Assembly: GCA_963663385.2 (NCBI GenBank)
Contig: CAXXXD010000002.1
Location: 1,792,001-1,856,000 of the forward strand
Direction of reading: 5' to 3'
DNA: 64,000 nt
Source of the DNA: Oceanispirochaeta sp.
Lineage (GTDB): Bacteria; Spirochaetota; Spirochaetia; DSM-2461
Shown here: one piece after another, positions 58,777-64,000 of the stretch
Layout of the letters: each line of letters begins with the position of its first letter
How positions within the stretch are numbered: position 1 is the first letter of the stretch
The notes under the pieces: generated by a model
Told to the model about the DNA's origin: nothing
Seen by the model: only the letters and a program-made list of their open reading frames with translations
The model's database searches: none
Made by a program: the position numbers and the translations under genes

Positions 58777-60656
58777 TCCAGAGCCGCCAGCTCTTCCCAG
58801 CGGGCGTATTTATGTTCCAGCAATATCTTGTTCTCATTGTAGGCTTTGACGCTTTCGCCGCTGTCGGCAGCGTCGAAAGCTCCCGAGCTGAAGGATTTTT
58901 CCTGTTCTTCAATGGCTTCTTCCAGAGTCAGAATTTCACCCTCCAGGGATTCAAATTCCCTCTTCTCCTTGAAACTCAGTTTTCGGGGGGATTCGGTTTT
59001 TACTTTCTGACGGGTTTCGCTTTTCTTCTGTTTTTCCTGCCGCTTCTCGAAAACCTTTTCTTCATCATCCGCTGCCTTATAGTCGGAGTAGTTGCCGGCA
59101 TATCCGCTGATGTTTCCCTTTCCGTCAAAAACAAACTGAAAATCCGTTACCCTGTCCAGGAAATAGCGGTCATGGGATACCAGGATGACACAGCCGGGGA
59201 AATCCTGCAGGTAATCTTCAAGCATGGTCAGTGTCTGAAGGTCCAGATCGTTTGTCGGCTCATCAAAAAGGAGAAAATTGGGATTTGTCAGCAGAATCCG
59301 GATGAGGTAGAGCCGTCGTCTTTCACCGCCGGAAATATCCTTGACAGGTGTGTAATACAAAGATTTGGGAAAGAGGAAACGGTCCAGCAGCTGGGTAGGG
59401 GTCAGACGGGATCCGTCACTGAGGGTTATATTCTCGGCGTACTCCGTCAGATAGTCAATAACCTTCTGGTCCCCGTCCAGTACGGTTCCGGTCTGATCAA
59501 AATAACCGAAATGAGTATTGATACCCTTGTCGATGACTCCTTCGTCCGGATTCAGCCTTTCACTTATAAGATTAAGAAACGTTGTTTTTCCCGAGCCGTT
59601 GGGGCCGATCAGCCCAATCCGTTCTCCCCGGCGGAACTGGTAGGTAAAAGGGTTGATAATCCTGGAATCTCCGTAGGAAAATCCTATTTTCTTTAAATGG
59701 AGAATCTTCTTTCCCAGCCTCCTGTAGGATGAGGAAAACTCGGCGCTGGCTACCTGATCATTTACCTGCTGGTCCATCAGGTTGTAGAAGTTCGACGTTC
59801 GTTTTTTGTCCTTGCCGGCTCTTGCTCGTGGTCCCCTCATAATCCATTTCAATTCATTCCGTAAAATTGTTTCAATCCTGGCCTGCCGTCTCTCTTCAAT
59901 ATTCTGGCGGATGGCTTTCTGTTCAAGATATTTGCTGTAGTTTCCTCTGTACTGATAGATAGACTGGTCGTCAATCTCCAGAATTCTGGTACAGATATTT
60001 TCCAGAAAGTAGCGGTCATGAGTAACCAGGATGACCGCTTTGTCCTGTTTAACCAGAAAATCCTGAAGCCACTCAATGGTGGGGATATCCAGGTGGTTGG
60101 TGGGCTCATCCAGAATCAGCAGATTATAATCCTGGCTCAGGGCTCTTACGATGGCCGTCTTTTTTATCATTCCTCCGGAAAGACTCTGCATGGGGGCATC
60201 AAAATTATGCAGGTGAAGTTCGGACAGGAGGGATTTTATCCGGCCCTCCAGCTCCCAGGCGCTCATATTTTCCATCTGCTCCGTCAGATCATGGAATCGT
60301 TCCATCAGGGCGTCTCCGGCTTCTCCCGCCTCCATTTGAGAAGTGACGGATTCATACTCCCTGACAAGCTGCATCTGCGGTGTGGCGTCACGGAAAATAA
60401 AGTCCAGAATGGTTTCTCCTTCATTAAAAGAAGGATGCTGCTCCACTTGACTCAGGTAGAGGTTGTTATTACGGGAAACCGTTCCATCATCGGGATACTC
60501 CTGACCTGTCAGAACTTTGAGCAGGCTGGATTTTCCGGAACCGTTTGCGCCTATCAGGGCTATCCTGTCGCCCGTATCTATTCCAAAAGAGGCGTCCTCC
60601 ACCAGTGTCCGGCCGCCTTTGCTGATTTTCAGCTTTTCAACAGAGATCAAATTCAT
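58767..60656 (-). CDS. ABC-F family ATPase (Uup-like)
   Basis: Tandem ABC domains (GANGSGKS, GPNGSGKT), LDEPTNHLD, C-terminal KLSFKEKRE..LE..I. Confidence 0.94.
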   Translation of the reverse strand: MNLISVEKLKISKGGRTLVEDASFGIDTGDRIALIGANGSGKSSLLKVLTGQEYPDDGTVSRNNNLYLSQVEQHPSFNEGETILDFIFRDATPQMQLVREYESVTSQMEAGEAGDALMERFHDLTEQMENMSAWELEGRIKSLLSELHLHNFDAPMQSLSGGMIKKTAIVRALSQDYNLLILDEPTNHLDIPTIEWLQDFLVKQDKAVILVTHDRYFLENICTRILEIDDQSIYQYRGNYSKYLEQKAIRQNIEERRQARIETILRNELKWIMRGPRARAGKDKKRTSNFYNLMDQQVNDQVASAEFSSSYRRLGKKILHLKKIGFSYGDSRIINPFTYQFRRGERIGLIGPNGSGKTTFLNLISERLNPDEGVIDKGINTHFGYFDQTGTVLDGDQKVIDYLTEYAENITLSDGSRLTPTQLLDRFLFPKSLYYTPVKDISGGERRRLYLIRILLTNPNFLLFDEPTNDLDLQTLTMLEDYLQDFPGCVILVSHDRYFLDRVTDFQFVFDGKGNISGYAGNYSDYKAADDEEKVFEKRQEKQKKSETRQKVKTESPRKLSFKEKREFESLEGEILTLEEAIEEQEKSFSSGAFDAADSGESVKAYNENKILLEHKYARWEELAALDQN

Positions 60657-60761
60657 GAAGTGATCCTAGCACAACTCCCGATCCATTTCCATAGATCTGG
60701 ACAAATCGGTCAGTAAACAGTAGAGTAATGACAAATTCCATGTCAAGAAAAAGGTATAAAA

Positions 60762-61574
60762 ATGAATCAGGATCAGGTTAAAGAAAAACTGCTTCAGATC
60801 GATTCGGAAGTAGTGGATTTTTCCGTTATTTTTTCTGGAAAAAACAGTAAAAAAGTAGACGGCCTCTATCATCCCGAAAAGCAGGAAATCGTTATACATA
60901 ATAAAAATTTTGAAGATGACAACGCTCTGATATATACAGCAATCCATGAGTTTGCTCACCATGTTCAGTTTACTCAGCATGAAGGGCAGGTGACTTCCCG
61001 CTCCCATACGGTACTGTTCTGGGATATTTTTCATAAGCTCCTGAAAAAAGGGGAAGAGATGGGAATCTATCTTAATGTCTTCGAGGAGGATGCCCGTTTC
61101 AAGGAACTGACTGATGAGATCAAGAGTAAATTTCTTTCTGTAAACGGACAGGTAATGAAGGATTTCGGGAAACTCCTGATACAGGCGCTGGATCTGTGTC
61201 AGCAGAATCATGCCATATTCGAAGACTATGTAGATCGTGCTCTGGGGATGAACCGGAATTCCGCCAAATCGATTATGAAAGTATACGCCATGGATGTTGA
61301 TCCGGAAATCGGTTACGAAAACATGAAAATCGTAGCGGGTGTCAAGGAACCGGCCAAACGGAAGGAACTGGAGAATGCTTTCAAGGAAGGACATAGCCAG
61401 GACATGGTGAAACAGACTATCCGTCAGAGCAAACCCGAACCTGTTATGACCTTGAAGCGTCTGGAATCCCAGAAAAAACGTCTGGAAAAAAGTATCCAGT
61501 CCATGCAGATTAAGCTTGCTGATCTGGAAATGCAGATTGACGAAGAAAAAGCCAGGGAAACAGAAAGCGAATAA
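60762..61574 (+). CDS. Hypothetical protein with zincin HExxH motif and C-terminal coiled coil
   Basis: AIHEFAHH followed by SH..FW (SprT-like spacing). Confidence 0.7.
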   Translation: MNQDQVKEKLLQIDSEVVDFSVIFSGKNSKKVDGLYHPEKQEIVIHNKNFEDDNALIYTAIHEFAHHVQFTQHEGQVTSRSHTVLFWDIFHKLLKKGEEMGIYLNVFEEDARFKELTDEIKSKFLSVNGQVMKDFGKLLIQALDLCQQNHAIFEDYVDRALGMNRNSAKSIMKVYAMDVDPEIGYENMKIVAGVKEPAKRKELENAFKEGHSQDMVKQTIRQSKPEPVMTLKRLESQKKRLEKSIQSMQIKLADLEMQIDEEKARETESE

Positions 61575-61592
61575 ATCGAGGGGGAGTATTTT

Positions 61593-62231
61593 ATGGATGA
61601 TTCACCAGTACTGATAGGAATCACCGGAGGATCCGGATCCGGAAAAACAACGATTGTCAGGAAAATATCGGAAAGTATTTCGGATTTTGTCTTTATTCCC
61701 CAGGATAACTACTATCGATCAGCCGAGTTTATAACAAACAAGAATATTACGGACTTCAATTTTGACCATCCCAATGCATTCGACAAAGAGTTGATGTTTA
61801 GTCATCTGACCGATCTGAAGAACGGCAAAACCATCCATATGCCCCAGTATGATTTTGTTCATCACAGACGGATGGATGAAACCATCGAAGTGAAATCCAA
61901 AAAGGTTATTATATTCGAAGGTATAATGATTTTTGCCGAAAGAGCCATACGGGAGTTAATGGATCTGAAGATCTTTGTGGATACCCCCGATGATATCCGT
62001 TTTATCCGGCGTCTACAGAGGGATGTCAATGAGAGAGGGAGAACGCAGGAGTCCGTTATCAAACAGTATATGGACGTGGTTCGCCCAGGTCACTTTGAGT
62101 TTATCGAACCAACCAAACGCTTTGCAGATATTATCATCCCCGAAGGCGGCATGAATGCCAACGCCCTTCAGGTGTTGTCCACATTTGTAAAGGATATTGT
62201 CAGCGATAAAACACCCGATCTGACTGATTAG
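61593..62231 (+). CDS. udk: Uridine kinase
   Basis: [38 protein letters not shown]. Confidence 0.95.
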   Translation: MDDSPVLIGITGGSGSGKTTIVRKISESISDFVFIPQDNYYRSAEFITNKNITDFNFDHPNAFDKELMFSHLTDLKNGKTIHMPQYDFVHHRRMDETIEVKSKKVIIFEGIMIFAERAIRELMDLKIFVDTPDDIRFIRRLQRDVNERGRTQESVIKQYMDVVRPGHFEFIEPTKRFADIIIPEGGMNANALQVLSTFVKDIVSDKTPDLTD

Positions 62232-62236
62232 GGTTT

Positions 62237-62284
62237 GTAGAGCCGGATTTAGTAAAGACGGGTTTTAAACCCGTCTATACTAAA
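62237..62284. repeat. GTAG-type REP-like palindrome / bidirectional terminator
   Basis: TTTAGTAAAGACGGGTTTTAAACCCGTCTATACTAAA preceded by GTAGAGCCGG. Confidence 0.55.
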
Positions 62285-62290
62285 ACCTGT

Positions 62291-64000
62291 TTAGGGAAGC
62301 AGCACATCCAGTGCGGCGTCGTACTTGACCTCTACAGCTGTATCGTAGGCTGTCTCCCCCCTGTTGTTGCGGGCTTCAAGATCGGCTCCCTTGTCGATCA
62401 GCAGCTGCAGGATGCTGACAGGGGCTTTGATCCGGGCCGCAATATGCAGCGGTGTGTTTCCATTATTATCCATAAAGCCGATATTCCTGGGCGATATGAA
62501 CCAGTCCAGGGCTTCGTTTCCGCTCTTGATAATAAGTATCAGAGGGGAAACGTCCTGTTTATTCCTGGCGAAAATATCCGCATTCAGGTTGAACAGGTAC
62601 TGAACAGCCTGTCTGTTTTCTACAATAACTGCCACATGAAGGGGCGTATTACCCTGATCATCCCTCTTCTGGATGGAACAGCCCTGGCTGATCAGCAGTT
62701 CCATCAGGGATGTATTACCATTTATGATGGTATCGAACAGGGGTGTTTTTCCCGTGTTTTCCCGGGTATCTATATCAGCTCCCTTTTTAATAAGGTAGCT
62801 GGTCATCTCAAAGTCACCGCTCAGTACGGCTTCATAAAAGGGTGACCGCCCTTCCAGATTCTTCTTGTTGATATCCGCCCCGGAGGAGATCAGCAGTTCC
62901 GCCAGATCCAGAGAGTTCCAGTAGACAATCTCATGAAGGGGCGTGTTACCCTGATTGTCCGTACTGTCTATATCGGCGCCGGCACGGAGCAGAATCCCCG
63001 TGACCTCCAGAGAACCTGTCTTGACCGCTTCATGAAGGGGGGTTGATCCGATCAGGCTCTTTCCGTTCAGCTCGGCCCCTCTGTTAAGAAGGACTCTTAC
63101 AATGTCGGCCCGTTCCCAGAGGACGGCATGGAACAGAGGCGTATACATCAGAGCATCGGCTCTCTCCAGGGTCATATCGATCAGAAAGGAGTCGACAAAT
63201 TCGGCACCCTTATCGAAAGCAATGGTCAGGGGTGTTTCACCATTGTTGTTCTCCACATAGAAATCCCCGCCGTTTTTAAGAAAAATCCCCGTATAATCCA
63301 GGTTCTCCATCTCTGTAGCCAGATGAAGAGGAGTATCCCCCGACAGATTCCGGCTGTCTATTATGGCTCCGTTTTCAAGAAGATAACGGATAACATCAAG
63401 AGGCGCCTCCATGGCTACTGCCAGATGGAGAGGACTGTTGCCTTCATTGTCCTGACTGTTAATATTACTGCTGTCCAGAAACCAGGAAAGAACAGGAACA
63501 CCCCTGGAAATACTGAGGGAGAGGGGAGTCGTACCCTGTTTATTCCGGGCAAAAATATCCGAACCCCTTTGCAGAAGGAGCATGGCTATTTCGGAATTTT
63601 CCTTATCGACCGCTTCAAGGAGGGCCGTATTCCCCCTTTTGTTACGGCTTTCCAGCGAAGCCTTATACTGAAGCAGCAGTTCGGCGGATGCCCTGTCCTT
63701 ATTCAGGGTTACGGTTAACTGGAGAGGCGTGTTCCCGAAGCTGTTTTTTGCATTGACGTTGGCGCCGGCATTCAGGAGCATCTGAAGAATTTCCAGGTTA
63801 TTGTCCAGGGTTAAAGCCATATGGAGGGGGACATTGCTGTTATAGTCTGTGGCGTTAACATCAGAACCCGCTCCAAGGAGTATGGATACAATATTATCGT
63901 AGCCGCCGCGTACAGCGCTGTGAAGGGGAGTATTCCCCGGTTTATCCCGTGCTGTCAGGTCGGCTCCCTGTTCCAGCAGGAGCAGAACCATCCCTTCGTG
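62291..64000 (-). CDS. Ankyrin-repeat protein (5' end beyond the window)
   Basis: Many G.TPLH.A....L...GAD repeats; frame open to the window edge. Confidence 0.93.
   Translation of the reverse strand, partial: HEGMVLLLLEQGADLTARDKPGNTPLHSAVRGGYDNIVSILLGAGSDVNATDYNSNVPLHMALTLDNNLEILQMLLNAGANVNAKNSFGNTPLQLTVTLNKDRASAELLLQYKASLESRNKRGNTALLEAVDKENSEIAMLLLQRGSDIFARNKQGTTPLSLSISRGVPVLSWFLDSSNINSQDNEGNSPLHLAVAMEAPLDVIRYLLENGAIIDSRNLSGDTPLHLATEMENLDYTGIFLKNGGDFYVENNNGETPLTIAFDKGAEFVDSFLIDMTLERADALMYTPLFHAVLWERADIVRVLLNRGAELNGKSLIGSTPLHEAVKTGSLEVTGILLRAGADIDSTDNQGNTPLHEIVYWNSLDLAELLISSGADINKKNLEGRSPFYEAVLSGDFEMTSYLIKKGADIDTRENTGKTPLFDTIINGNTSLMELLISQGCSIQKRDDQGNTPLHVAVIVENRQAVQYLFNLNADIFARNKQDVSPLILIIKSGNEALDWFISPRNIGFMDNNGNTPLHIAARIKAPVSILQLLIDKGADLEARNNRGETAYDTAVEVKYDAALDVLLP

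Overview
Bacterial chromosomal window, probably from an anaerobic free-living spirochaete (Spirochaetaceae-like). This is inferred from the alpha2-type GlyRS, the spirochaete-style 'MASGSQE/AAGAQE' binding-protein signal peptides and the many lipoproteins. Most of the window is housekeeping or metabolic: glyQS, tyrS, tRNA-Arg(CCG), a LacI-controlled sugar ABC system, a 2-oxoacid:ferredoxin oxidoreductase-buk-ptb operon, eda-kdgK, type III glutamine synthetase, a GntR-controlled LarA/UxaA/GntP acid-catabolism operon, deoD, rpiB, an ABC transporter, peptidases, an ABC-F, udk and an ankyrin protein cut off by the window edge. Two accessory loci stand out. (1) A ~3,100-aa secreted coiled-coil protein has two Trp-periodic stalk segments and an AT-rich C-terminal papain-like (Cys-His-Asp) tip. 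It is followed 10 bp later by a non-catalytic FGE-fold lipoprotein and decayed lipoprotein remnants, with a divergent TPR lipoprotein upstream. Together these look like a spirochaetal polymorphic toxin/immunity system. (2) A complete IS110-family element can be read directly from the sequence: its ends, its reconstructed hairpin target, a circle-junction promoter and a twin-hairpin candidate bridge RNA. Smaller items include a LysR gene with a single in-frame TAG, an unannotated 52-aa membrane peptide, a GntR remnant and several REP-like repeats. All family assignments come from motif recognition by eye; no searches were run.
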